A stretch of DNA of 64,000 bases from the NCBI GenBank assembly GCA_043778225.1, contig JAYWGM010000101.1, positions 64,001 to 128,000 of the forward strand, written 5' to 3'. This DNA comes from Deinococcales bacterium (GTDB lineage: Bacteria; Deinococcota; Deinococci; Deinococcales; JAAFIG01). The notes beneath the pieces were generated by a model. That model searched no databases, was not told where the DNA came from, and worked only from the letters and a program-made list of their open reading frames with translations. How positions within the stretch are numbered: position 1 is the stretch's first letter; each line of letters begins with the position of its first letter. The translations under genes and the position numbers were made by a program. Below are positions 1 to 9,322 of the stretch, piece after piece.

Positions 1-398
1 GCAATAATTGCAATTTCATCGGGGCTAAGGCGTTTATCATGCCACAAGGCTGGGGTTGAACCACCCGCCGTGACTGGCGGCATATATTTACTCTGTACGG
101 CTTTTTGGATGGTGCGTGCCATCGGGGTCACTTGGGCGGCGGTCTCGAGGGCAAAAGGTCCAATGTTGCCAGCGCTGTGGCAACCAACACAACTGCGATC
201 CAAAATTGGTTTGACGTGTTCGTAATACTTAGGGATATACGACAACAACGGCGGCTGGGCTTGCTGCATCAGCACGGGCTTACCATGCCCGTGCTTAGAG
301 CGGGTTTCGGATGCGCCATTGTTCTGGGTTGCACCCCAAACCACGCCGCTTGCAATCAGGGTTGCGACCAAGCCCAACGACCAAATTCTCGAGTTCAT
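1..398 (-). CDS. Secreted c-type cytochrome domain protein, 3' end outside the window
   Basis: Own translation MNSRIWSLGLVATL...KPILDRSCVGCHSAGNIGPF...KYMPP: signal peptide and CxxCH heme motif; TATACT 6 nt before the ATG. Not in the ORF track. Confidence 0.7.
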   Translation of the reverse strand, partial: MNSRIWSLGLVATLIASGVVWGATQNNGASETRSKHGHGKPVLMQQAQPPLLSYIPKYYEHVKPILDRSCVGCHSAGNIGPFALETAAQVTPMARTIQKAVQSKYMPPVTAGGSTPALWHDKRLSPDEIAII

Positions 399-459
399 GC
401 CCAAAGTATAGGGACTGGTTGTCAGGGCAATATGAAACCCGAGCCACAGTTGATGAGCT

Positions 460-1050
460 TTAGGCAGCTCGAGCCGCTTTGATAAAGGCTTTTATTTTGG
501 CGGTGTCCTTGATTCCGGGGGCGCTTTCTACGCCACTGGCAACATCCACGCCCCACGGGCGGAGTTGCTGGACTGCCAAACCAACATTTTCTGGGGTTAA
601 GCCGCCCGCCAGCAACCAACGCCGATTTTGTAGGCTCGAGGTGTCCATGCTTGCCCAATCAAAAACTGCTCCAGAACCAGCCTCGAGACCATCAAGAATC
701 AGGGTTTGGGCTGGTGGAATAACCATTCCAGCTTGATACCCAACCGCTCGAATGACTGGAAAATGCGCCTCGAGACTTGCTACAAAATCATCAGTTTCGT
801 GTCCGTGTAATTGCACCGCGCTGAGTTGCACCAGCCGAGCCGTGTGCAAAATTTCCTCGAGTGAAACATTTCTAAAAACGCCAATTCTCGAGACCAGCCC
901 ACTGACTTGGCTCGAGATTCGCGCCGCGTTGACTGGCAAAATATAACGCTTAGAACTTGGTACAAAATTAAAAGCGATCGCATCCGCGCCGGCTTCTTCG
1001 CACACTAAGGCATCCTCGAGTCGGGTGATGCCACATATTTTAATTCGCAT
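460..1050 (-). CDS. trpF: Phosphoribosylanthranilate isomerase
   Basis: MRIKICGIT, VQLHG, LAGGLTPENV, GVDVASGVE motifs. Confidence 0.95.
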   Translation of the reverse strand: MRIKICGITRLEDALVCEEAGADAIAFNFVPSSKRYILPVNAARISSQVSGLVSRIGVFRNVSLEEILHTARLVQLSAVQLHGHETDDFVASLEAHFPVIRAVGYQAGMVIPPAQTLILDGLEAGSGAVFDWASMDTSSLQNRRWLLAGGLTPENVGLAVQQLRPWGVDVASGVESAPGIKDTAKIKAFIKAARAA

Positions 1051-1060
1051 GGGTTTTAGT

Positions 1061-2299
1061 CTACCGTTTCATTTGTTGCAGTGGCGAATTCCTGATTGCC
1101 CACAAGGCTGGGAGTAGCGCAAACACCAAGGCGACTGGAATGACAATTGCCACCCGCAAAATATCCTCGAGTTTTGGCGACATTCTGGGCAAGGTCACAG
1201 CCGTCTGAAGCTCGAGCCATTGTTGGGCAAGGCTGGTTGCCAAGTAAGCCAAGGCTAAACCCAACAGCACCCCAAGCAGGGTAATAACCAGTGCCTCGAG
1301 AAAGACCAAGACCACAACTTGGCTTTTGCTTGCCCCAATAGCGCGTAAAACTGCCAAGTTGCGCTGCATGGTTTGACTGGCACTGAGGGTGTTAATCGCA
1401 ATCGTTAAAATTGCCAAAAATAAAGCCAACCAAATAATCAGGGTATAGGCTTCTTGCCCTTGCCCCATAAAACTAAACAATTGCCCAATCACTTGACCGG
1501 GAAAAACCCCCTGTGCCAATTGCCCTTGATTCAGTTCGTTTGCCAGTTGGTAGACATAGCCAAGTCGGGTGGGTGTCCAAAGAATTGCCGTGACCTCTTT
1601 GTCGCCTTCAGTGTGTTCGCCTTGGTGGTCTTGGTCTAGGGCGGTTGTTTCCAATGCCTCTTCTTCTTCGTGCAAATGCCAGACCGCCTCGAGTGGCACA
1701 AAAATCCCTCGGTCGCCAGCCGCACCGCTTGGCTCGAGAATACCAACCACCTTAAATTTATCGTCGTGTTCCTCTGGTTCAAGGGTCGGCGTTACACCAT
1801 GCTGGCTTTTGAAGGTATCGCCAATGTTTAAGCCACTGATTTTAGCAGCCTGTGCGCCAAGCACCGCATCGAATTCATCCTCAAAAACTGTCCCTCGAGC
1901 CAAACGGTACAACGCGGCTTGGGTCTGGGAAGGTCGTAGCTCAAAGAAATCTTTGTTTGTACCCAAAATAGGAAAGCCGTTGTAATTGTCGCCAAAGGCA
2001 AGTGGAATGGCTTTCTTGGTGCGTGGGTCTTGCTGAAGTTTTTCAAAAATGCTGTACGGGATATTGCCAAGTGGTGCTTCTTGTAAAAAAATCGTATTTA
2101 AGACCGCTTGGCTTTGACTGCCTTTGGCGGTAATCAATAAATCAAAACTGTTGGCAGCCCGAATTACACCCTCACGGAAGCTCGAGAGCAGCAACGGCAC
2201 AGCCAAACCCATCAGCGCCGCGACGGCAATTGCCAGCACCGTCAGGCTATTGGCGGCGGCTCGAGTCCGCAGATTGCGCCAAAGCAGCCAGCCTGTCAT
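1061..2299 (-). CDS. MacB/FtsX-type ABC permease with His/Glu-rich loops
   Basis: N-terminal TM, large extracytoplasmic domain, AVLRAIGA motif, three C-terminal TMs; loops EEHDD and HLHEEEE...DHQGEH. Confidence 0.85.
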   Translation of the reverse strand: MTGWLLWRNLRTRAAANSLTVLAIAVAALMGLAVPLLLSSFREGVIRAANSFDLLITAKGSQSQAVLNTIFLQEAPLGNIPYSIFEKLQQDPRTKKAIPLAFGDNYNGFPILGTNKDFFELRPSQTQAALYRLARGTVFEDEFDAVLGAQAAKISGLNIGDTFKSQHGVTPTLEPEEHDDKFKVVGILEPSGAAGDRGIFVPLEAVWHLHEEEEALETTALDQDHQGEHTEGDKEVTAILWTPTRLGYVYQLANELNQGQLAQGVFPGQVIGQLFSFMGQGQEAYTLIIWLALFLAILTIAINTLSASQTMQRNLAVLRAIGASKSQVVVLVFLEALVITLLGVLLGLALAYLATSLAQQWLELQTAVTLPRMSPKLEDILRVAIVIPVALVFALLPALWAIRNSPLQQMKR

Positions 2300-2976
2300 G
2301 CTTTGACCCCACATTCTATTTTGTTCTCGATGGCAGCCATCACCACAGGATCATGGGTCGCAACAATCAGGGCTGTGCCTTGTTCGGCACAAATTTCACG
2401 CAGCAATGCTAATGCAAGCTGACTGCGACTTGCATCCAAATGGGCGGTTGGTTCATCGGCTAAAATCAGTTGCGGTTGCCCCGCCAAGGCTCGAGCCAAC
2501 GCCACGCGCTGCCGTTCGCCTGTGGATAGCTGGGTTGGTTTTGCCCAAAAGCGCGGCATTTGCACCCGCTCGAGCAAGGCTTTGGCTTGGCTTTGGGCTG
2601 CACCAAGTTTTGAACCCGTTAGACCAAAAGCCGCCATCACATTCTCGAGGGCGCTGTAGCCTTCGAGCAGATAAAAATCTTGGAATAAAATCGCCACTTT
2701 TTTACGGCGGTGCAATTCGAGTTGGGTCTGGTTGGCTTGCTCGAGGTTTGTGCCAGCCACCAAGGCTTGCCCAACCACAGGCACTAAGCCCGCCAGTGCG
2801 TGCAAGGCAGTGCTTTTTCCACTGCCAGAAGCCCCAACCAGCGCCAGTTCTTGCCCTGCACCAAGTTGAATATCTGGTAGTGCCACGCGGTAATCGCTCG
2901 AGTACGCCACAGAGGCGTTGGCAAGGCTGACCATTGGCACACTGGCAACCTTATTATTTAATTTCGCTGTATTCAT
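2296..2976 (-). CDS. LolD/MacB-like ABC ATP-binding protein
   Basis: GASGSGKS Walker A, LSTGERQRV signature, ILADEPT; start codon uncertain. Confidence 0.9.
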   Translation of the reverse strand: MNTAKLNNKVASVPMVSLANASVAYSSDYRVALPDIQLGAGQELALVGASGSGKSTALHALAGLVPVVGQALVAGTNLEQANQTQLELHRRKKVAILFQDFYLLEGYSALENVMAAFGLTGSKLGAAQSQAKALLERVQMPRFWAKPTQLSTGERQRVALARALAGQPQLILADEPTAHLDASRSQLALALLREICAEQGTALIVATHDPVVMAAIENKIECGVKA

Positions 2977-3382
2977 CGGCATAAATCCTGACCAAGCTGA
3001 CAAAACCAGTCTCGGGGTCTTCCTTTGTACCAACCTCGAGCCGCCCGCGAATTCGGACTGGATAAGGGCTGGCAGTCACTTCTTTGCCTTTGGGCAAATA
3101 GACCAGCACAATATCGGCTGCCCAATCGGCGGCACTCGAGCAAAAAGGACAAGTTGCCATTGGGGCTTTGGTCAGCACAAAAAAGTCAAGGCGTGGACGA
3201 AGCGGCGGTGCCATATAGCCTTTCATTTCGATACGTTTACCGTTTAACTGCATGGTTTTACTCGAGAATTCCATACCGCGAATCGAAGTATTGTAGAGTT
3301 CGTTAAAGGTCATGGGTTGGGCGGTAGGCTGGGCAAATGCCACACCAAAAAACATCAGCATAGACAAAAAAAGGCGTTTCAT
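2954..3382 (-). CDS. Secreted DUF3299-like protein with CPFC motif
   Basis: Signal peptide; LNGKRIEMKGYMAP, CPFC, GRLEVG pattern; operonic with the ABC pair. Confidence 0.65.
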   Translation of the reverse strand: MKRLFLSMLMFFGVAFAQPTAQPMTFNELYNTSIRGMEFSSKTMQLNGKRIEMKGYMAPPLRPRLDFFVLTKAPMATCPFCSSAADWAADIVLVYLPKGKEVTASPYPVRIRGRLEVGTKEDPETGFVSLVRIYADEYSEIK

Positions 3383-3393
3383 GCAGTTTAGTT

Positions 3394-3421
3394 TGTCAGA
3401 CAATCGTCAGCTTTTTGTCTG
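3394..3421 (-). promoter_or_regulatory. Pho-box-like 11-bp direct repeats
   Basis: TGTCAG(3394), CGTCAG(3405), TGTCTG(3416) on the + strand; near-identical to the motif upstream of phoA. Confidence 0.55.
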
Positions 3422-3425
3422 GCAT

Positions 3426-3457
3426 AAAAAACCCTCCCCAAAACTGGGGAGGGTTTT
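3426..3457 (-). terminator. Intrinsic terminator after phoA
   Basis: aaaaccctcccca-aaac-tggggagggtttt hairpin with flanking A/T tracts. Confidence 0.8.
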
Positions 3458-3486
3458 CGAGAAGGTATCTTTTGCTTAGGCGAAAA

Positions 3487-5244
3487 TTACTTGGCTTCGC
3501 GCAGTGGGTCTACACCAAGGGCTTTGACGATGCCAAAGAAAACTTCGGTGTTGTCAATGCTGCCCTTAAAGTGTTGGCTGCCAGGACCCCACGCAAAGAG
3601 TGGAATTGGGTCAACGCTGTGCGGACCACTGTTTCCACCAATGTTACCACCAGTTAAAACGCCACCAGCATTGGCTGGGTTTGGAACAAGGGTTGTGCCT
3701 TGGGCAGCCACCGCAACAAATGGTTTGTCGCCGACCAAGAAATTAGCAAAGTGGGCTGGGGCTGCGCCGTAACCAATGGCTAAACCAATATCGGTTCGTG
3801 CCAATGGCAAACCATTGTTGTCTCGAGCATTGTGGTAGGTCGGAAAGCCGTATTGTTCGTACAAACCAACACCAGCAGCTGTACCTGTGGGGCTACCTGC
3901 ACCCGCAGCTGTGTTGTATGTACCAAAGGTGCTGTTGGTGTGGGCGTGGTCGGCAGTCGTTAGAATCAGGGTGTCATTGCGCTTTTTTGCCCATTCTTTG
4001 GCTTTGCCAACCGCAACATCCATTTCGATGGCATCCCAAGTGGCGCGTTGCCAATCGAGGGCGTGTTGCAAGACATCGGAGTTGCTGCCTTCAACCACAA
4101 GCATAAATCCATTTGGGTGCAGTGCCTCGAGACTTTCGATGGCTTTGTTGGTCATGTTCCAGAGCAAAGGTTGGTCGTTAAATGCACCAAGCACGTCTGG
4201 GTTCTTAAATTGGGCGCGGTCAAGGTAGGCGTTCATCCAAGCCAACTGAAACAGACCAAGCACTTTACCCGGTTTGGTTGCCTCGAGTTCTTTGGCAGTG
4301 CTGGCAAATTGGTAGCCGGCTTTTTGGAACTCACCAATCATGTCGCGCTCGTTTTTACGGCGTGAACCTTTTGTGGCTTTAGGAATAAAGTCTTGGCTAC
4401 CGCCACCCATAATCACACTTGGACGAGCGCCAGAATCGAACATTTGTTCGACAATTTCGCTGTAGTTGCCACGGCGACGGGTATGGGCTAACCAACCGGC
4501 TGGGGTAGCATCCGACAAGTAGCTGGTGGTGACCAAACCAAAGCCATAATCGCGGGTGCGCTTGAGGATTTCAAAAAGGTGTTCTTGCTTAGGGTCATCA
4601 AATTGGTCAGCAGTGTTATCTGGGTAAGAACCCAAACCGTTGTTGCTGGCTTTATGACCAGTGCTGAAAGCACTGGCGCTGTTGGCGCTGTCGGTCACTA
4701 ATCCATCTAAACCACTGGTGTGAACAGTGGCAACGCTATCGGCTTTTTCCATGTTCAGAAAGTCGCGTGGTTTGCCATTTTCGATGCCGTGCATGACGAT
4801 ACGAGCCGCCGTCACGGTATTCCAGCCCATGCCGTCGCCAACAAAAACAATCACATTTTTAGGGCGCTTACCCGATGCCATGCCGCGCACCGATTCGTAG
4901 TTGGCTTGGCGTACAAAAACACCCGAGTCGTCTACACCACGGGCGATAACCTCGACTTTACCAGTGGTTTTAAGCATCACATCGCGCACCATAAAGTTTT
5001 GAACTCCGGCTGCACCCGCCGACATCTCGAGTTTCTTACCAAAAACTTGCTCTGCATTGCGTCCGTTGACCGTGATTGCCACTTCACGGGCTGTGCCTTT
5101 TAATTCCGACAACTCGACCCGAAAATCAAACTTTGCGCCAGCCAAAAACTTTGCACCTTGCACCGGCAGAATCGTGACCTTTGCGGCTTCAACGCCACTG
5201 GCGAGCAGGGCTGTTCCAAGAATTCCAAAAACTATTTTTTTCAT
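3487..5244 (-). CDS. phoA: Alkaline phosphatase, PhoA family, with N-terminal accessory domain
   Basis: VIVFVGDGMG, TDSANSA nucleophile Ser, DATPA, TADH motifs; GGAGG RBS before ATG at 5244. Confidence 0.9.
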   Translation of the reverse strand: MKKIVFGILGTALLASGVEAAKVTILPVQGAKFLAGAKFDFRVELSELKGTAREVAITVNGRNAEQVFGKKLEMSAGAAGVQNFMVRDVMLKTTGKVEVIARGVDDSGVFVRQANYESVRGMASGKRPKNVIVFVGDGMGWNTVTAARIVMHGIENGKPRDFLNMEKADSVATVHTSGLDGLVTDSANSASAFSTGHKASNNGLGSYPDNTADQFDDPKQEHLFEILKRTRDYGFGLVTTSYLSDATPAGWLAHTRRRGNYSEIVEQMFDSGARPSVIMGGGSQDFIPKATKGSRRKNERDMIGEFQKAGYQFASTAKELEATKPGKVLGLFQLAWMNAYLDRAQFKNPDVLGAFNDQPLLWNMTNKAIESLEALHPNGFMLVVEGSNSDVLQHALDWQRATWDAIEMDVAVGKAKEWAKKRNDTLILTTADHAHTNSTFGTYNTAAGAGSPTGTAAGVGLYEQYGFPTYHNARDNNGLPLARTDIGLAIGYGAAPAHFANFLVGDKPFVAVAAQGTTLVPNPANAGGVLTGGNIGGNSGPHSVDPIPLFAWGPGSQHFKGSIDNTEVFFGIVKALGVDPLREAK

Positions 5245-5276
5245 GTTGCCTCCGAGCGCTGAGCCTAAGCGCACGA

Positions 5277-5293
5277 TGTCAGGCAATCGTCAG
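5277..5293 (-). promoter_or_regulatory. Pho-box-like direct repeat upstream of phoA
   Basis: TGTCAGgcaatCGTCAG on the + strand, 11-bp period. Confidence 0.55.
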
Positions 5294-5317
5294 GAAACCA
5301 CGTTATAGACAGCTTAG

Positions 5318-5349
5318 TTTAATGATAATGAAAAACTATTATCATTAAA
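5318..5349. promoter_or_regulatory. Fur/Zur-like inverted repeat between phoA and phoX
   Basis: TTTAATGATAAT-8nt-ATTATCATTAAA, perfect 12-bp arms. Confidence 0.5.
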
Positions 5350-5451
5350 AACAAGCTCGAGACTCAAGAAAGCAACAATAGACCTGAAACTCGGCTGACA
5401 ATTGCGCTGTCTAATGATAAAGGATTCTCAATTGTGACACAAGGAGCATTT

Positions 5452-7416
5452 ATGAAACTGATGTTGGATACTCAAGATTTCGACACCTCGGGCAATCGTA
5501 CTGGCGCAACCTGTCACTGGAAATGCGGCGACGCTTGCGCCACCCCAGTGCTGAACCAATCCGAAAATATCTACAGCCGCGACATCATCGAACAAGCCAT
5601 TGACCGCCGCAGCATCTTAAAAGGTGGCTTTGCTTCGCTGATGATGCTGTCCGGAGCCTCGAGCCTGCTGCCAGCCGCCGCCCAAGGTGGCAATCTGGGT
5701 TTTAGCCCAATTAAGTTGTCCACCGAAGACCGCACCATTTTGCCGCAGGGTTACGAAGCCAATGTCGTGATTCGTTGGGGCGACCCAATCAGCCGTGGTG
5801 CAAAGCGTTTTGATGTGAACAATTTCGATGCCAAAACCCAAGAAAATAGCTTTGGTTACAACTGCGATTATGTCTCATTTTTGCCCTTGCCGGGCTACCA
5901 GACCAAGCGCTCAAACCAAGCCCTTTTGTGGACCAACCACGAGTACACCAATCCAGAACTGATGTTCCGTGGTTATGCGGCTGGCAAAGCGACCAAAGAA
6001 CAAGTGGATGTTGAATTGGCAGCCCACGGTGGCACAGTGGTTCAGGTTTTCCGCGATACTTCGGGCAACATCGAATACCTGCCAGTCTCGAGGTACAACC
6101 GCCGTATTACCGCCAATACCCCAATGGAAATTACGGGTCCTGCGGCTGGACATCCCTTGTTGCAAACCCGTGCCGACCCAACTGGCAAGCGTGTTTTGGG
6201 AATGCTCAATAACTGCGCTGGTGGTACAACCCCGTGGGGAACTATTTTAACTGCCGAAGAAAACTTTAACCAATACTTTGCTTACAACAACAACGTCAAG
6301 GATGCCTCCATCAAAGCCTTACACGCCCGTTATGGTGTGACGGGCGGCGCATCTGGGCGCGTTTGGGAAAATCATTACGAGCGCTTTAACTTAGAAGCCA
6401 ACCCGAACGAGCCATTTCGCTTTGGCTATATTGTCGAGATTGACCCTTACGACCCAAACATGACCCCAAAAAAGCGCACTGCTTTGGGGCGCTTTAAGCA
6501 CGAAGGCGCAGAATCCAGCCTTGCCAATGATGGTCGTGTGGTGATGTACTCGGGCGACGACGAACGCTTTGACTATATGTACAAGTTTGTCACCAAGGGT
6601 AAATTTAATCCCACCAACCGCGCTGCTAATCTGGATTTGCTCGACGAGGGTACGCTTTATGTGGCTCGAGTCAACGCTGACGGTACAGGCGAATGGATGC
6701 CGCTCGTCGTGGGCAATGGCAAACTGACTGCCGAGAATGGTTTTGCAACCCAAGCCGACATCTGCATTAAAACCCGCCAAGCGGCTGATTTACTTGGTGC
6801 GACCAAAATGGATAGACCAGAAGATTTCGAGCGCAACCCTGTGACTGGCGCGGTTTACTGCGTGCTGACCAATAACTCCAACCGCACTGCTGCCCAGATT
6901 GATGCTGCCAATCCTCGAGCCAGCAACCGCGATGGTCATATCATCGAGCTTCTCGAAGACGGCAACGATGCCGCCGCCACCAAATTTAAGTGGAGCATCT
7001 TTTTGGTTTGCGGTAATCCAAGCGACCCAACCACCTTTTTTGCTGGTTTCCCCAAAGACAAGGTTTCGCCAGTCGGCACACCGGATAACATTTCCTTTGA
7101 CAACAAAGGCAATATGTGGATTGCCACCGACGGTATGGAAAACAGCAACGTTAAAGCCCACGACGGCGTTTTTGCAGTCCCTACCACAGGCGCAAACCGT
7201 GGTCAGGTTCAACAATTTATGAGTACCGTCAAGGGTGCAGAAGTCTGCGGACCGATTTTTACCCCAGACAACCGCAATTTCTTTGCTGCAATTCAACACC
7301 CCGGCGAAGGCGGCACTGTCGATAAGCCAGTCTCCTTATTCCCAGACGGCGTTGGTGTACCACGTCCAAGTGTGATGTCGATCAAGAAAACCGATGGCGG
7401 TATCATCGGTACATAA
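5452..7416 (+). CDS. phoX: PhoX-family phosphatase, Tat-exported
   Basis: DRRSILKG Tat motif; NHEY, NCAGG.TPWGT.LTAEEN, GRFKHE, MDRPED, PDN, IQHPG; AGGAG RBS. Confidence 0.93.
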   Translation: MKLMLDTQDFDTSGNRTGATCHWKCGDACATPVLNQSENIYSRDIIEQAIDRRSILKGGFASLMMLSGASSLLPAAAQGGNLGFSPIKLSTEDRTILPQGYEANVVIRWGDPISRGAKRFDVNNFDAKTQENSFGYNCDYVSFLPLPGYQTKRSNQALLWTNHEYTNPELMFRGYAAGKATKEQVDVELAAHGGTVVQVFRDTSGNIEYLPVSRYNRRITANTPMEITGPAAGHPLLQTRADPTGKRVLGMLNNCAGGTTPWGTILTAEENFNQYFAYNNNVKDASIKALHARYGVTGGASGRVWENHYERFNLEANPNEPFRFGYIVEIDPYDPNMTPKKRTALGRFKHEGAESSLANDGRVVMYSGDDERFDYMYKFVTKGKFNPTNRAANLDLLDEGTLYVARVNADGTGEWMPLVVGNGKLTAENGFATQADICIKTRQAADLLGATKMDRPEDFERNPVTGAVYCVLTNNSNRTAAQIDAANPRASNRDGHIIELLEDGNDAAATKFKWSIFLVCGNPSDPTTFFAGFPKDKVSPVGTPDNISFDNKGNMWIATDGMENSNVKAHDGVFAVPTTGANRGQVQQFMSTVKGAEVCGPIFTPDNRNFFAAIQHPGEGGTVDKPVSLFPDGVGVPRPSVMSIKKTDGGIIGT

Positions 7417-7420
7417 ACAT

Positions 7421-7458
7421 AAAAAACTCGAGGCTGCGATACTAGCCTCGAGTTTTTT
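7421..7458. terminator. Bidirectional terminator with CTCGAG stems
   Basis: aaaaaaCTCGAGgct...agcCTCGAGtttttt between convergent phoX and mdh. Confidence 0.85.
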
Positions 7459-7463
7459 CATTT

Positions 7464-7490
7464 GTAGGGGAGACCCTTGTGGTCTCCCTG
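7464..7490 (+). repeat. GTAG-type REP-like hairpin, copy 1
   Basis: GTAG-gggagacc-cttgt-ggtctccc-tg. Confidence 0.6.
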
Positions 7491-7511
7491 TTCTTATCTA
7501 ACGGACGTTAT

Positions 7512-8489
7512 TTAGAGTAGCCCTAGTTCTTGCACGGCTTGGCGTTCTTCCTCGAGTTCTGCCGCCGTGGCATCCATTTTTGCACGGCTAAAATCGTTAA
7601 TCTCGAGTCCTTGAATGATGCTGTATGCCCCATCTTTACAAGTCACTGGAAAGCTGTAAATTAAGCCTTCGGGGATGCCATAACTGCCATCGGATGGAAT
7701 GCCCATACTTGTCCAAGCCGAACCCAATGCCCAATCGTGCATATGGTCTATGGCGGCATTGGCAGCACTGGCAGCGCTCGATAAACCACGGGCTTCGATA
7801 ATGGCAGCGCCGCGCTTAGCCACCGTTGGAATAAACGTAGCCTCGAGCCACGCTTGGTCGTTGACCAATTCGGCGGCATTTTTGCCAGCCACCGTGGCAT
7901 GGAAAATATCTGGGTATTGGGTACTCGAGTGATTGCCCCAGATGGTTAGTTTTTCGATGCTCGAGACTGGCGAATTGGTTTTAGCAGCCAGTTGCGACAG
8001 CGCCCGATTGTGGTCTAAACGGGTCATGGCAGTAAATTGCTTTGGGTCGAGTTTTGGCGCGTGGCTTTGGGCAATTAAAGCATTGGTGTTGGCTGGATTA
8101 CCGACCACCAGCACTTTTACGTCTCGAGCCGCAACTTCGGACAGGGCATGACCTTGGGGCTTAAAAATACCGCCATTGGCTGCCAACAGGTCGCCGCGTT
8201 CCATGCCTTGTTTGCGTGGCATTGCACCAACCAACAGTGCGTAGTTCACATCGGCGAAAGCAACCATGGGGTCGTCGGATGCCACCATGCCGTAAAGCAG
8301 TGGAAAAGCACAATCCTCGAGTTCCATCATCACGCCCTGCAAGGCTTTTAAGGCGGGGGTAATCTCGAGCAAGTGCAAAATAACCGGCTGGTCTTTGCCA
8401 AGCATTTCGCCACTGGCAATCCGAAAAAGTAAACTATAGCCAATTTGACCAGCCGCACCAGTAATCGCAACACGAACAGGAGCTTTCAT
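7512..8489 (-). CDS. mdh: Malate dehydrogenase
   Basis: [50 protein letters not shown]. Confidence 0.97.
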   Translation of the reverse strand: MKAPVRVAITGAAGQIGYSLLFRIASGEMLGKDQPVILHLLEITPALKALQGVMMELEDCAFPLLYGMVASDDPMVAFADVNYALLVGAMPRKQGMERGDLLAANGGIFKPQGHALSEVAARDVKVLVVGNPANTNALIAQSHAPKLDPKQFTAMTRLDHNRALSQLAAKTNSPVSSIEKLTIWGNHSSTQYPDIFHATVAGKNAAELVNDQAWLEATFIPTVAKRGAAIIEARGLSSAASAANAAIDHMHDWALGSAWTSMGIPSDGSYGIPEGLIYSFPVTCKDGAYSIIQGLEINDFSRAKMDATAAELEEERQAVQELGLL

Positions 8490-8677
8490 AAATTCCTCCA
8501 AAAGCGCTCGAGTCTGCTCGAGTCGCCAACAGTAACGCCTCATCATAATCTGTTCGGTGCAGCAAATGCCCTTCCTCAGCTTGGCTTCAATTACTGACCA
8601 GACCAGTTTCAAGTCGTTTGGATAATCTTCTGGCATCGGTTGGAAAGAACCTACTCGAGTTACAAAGGAGAAAAATC

Positions 8678-9163
8678 ATGAAAAAACTATTGACTCAGGT
8701 ACTGCTCGCAACATTAGGCTTAACCCTTGTGACCACCCAAGCCCAACAAAGTACAGTTAGTGCTGAGGAGTATTACAACACGGCTCGCACCTTGGCAGCC
8801 CAAGCAGAAATTGCTTACCCAGTGCCTTTTATTGATTTGCCACTCTGGAATGATGCGGTCAATAATGCTGCTGCCGCCGTTGACCTCGAGCCGACACAGT
8901 TACCTTATTTGCGTTACCTTGGCGAATTATTTACCACAACCCAATGGTGGTCTGAAGGCTACGATGTTTGGAAATTGTACGAAGCCAAAGGCGCATTGGA
9001 CTCAGAAGCCCTAAGCTGGGCAGCCAGAACAGGTGCGAAAATGGGCTACTTGCGTTTACAACGCAACCTCAAACAAGAAGCAATTCCTTACCTGATGGAT
9101 TCGTTGCGCTGGAAAGACGATCCCGTTGTTCGCGCCATGTTGAAACGCGCTCAAGTTAAATAA
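8678..9163 (+). CDS. Secreted helical/TPR-like hypothetical protein
   Basis: AGGAG RBS, signal peptide, helical-repeat pattern. Confidence 0.7.
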   Translation: MKKLLTQVLLATLGLTLVTTQAQQSTVSAEEYYNTARTLAAQAEIAYPVPFIDLPLWNDAVNNAAAAVDLEPTQLPYLRYLGELFTTTQWWSEGYDVWKLYEAKGALDSEALSWAARTGAKMGYLRLQRNLKQEAIPYLMDSLRWKDDPVVRAMLKRAQVK

Positions 9164-9225
9164 GCACTCATGGCTCGAGATTTACCCTCATCCTCCTGAG
9201 GGTAATTTTTATGTCTGTGTGCGAA

Positions 9226-9294
9226 GTGGAGTGATACATAGACACGACCTGTGGAGTAATACATAGACACGACCTGTGGAGTAATACATAGACA
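9226..9294. repeat. Tandem repeat, 25-bp period, about 2.8 copies
   Basis: gtggagt(g/a)atacatagacacgacct at 9226, 9251, 9276. Confidence 0.95.
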
Positions 9295-9322
9295 AAATTC
9301 AATTTCTGTGAAAAGGTAACGG

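Noticed and set aside
105..482. ORF-track + strand 125-aa ORF
   Set aside because: It is antisense to a better-supported - strand CxxCH protein with a leaderless promoter.
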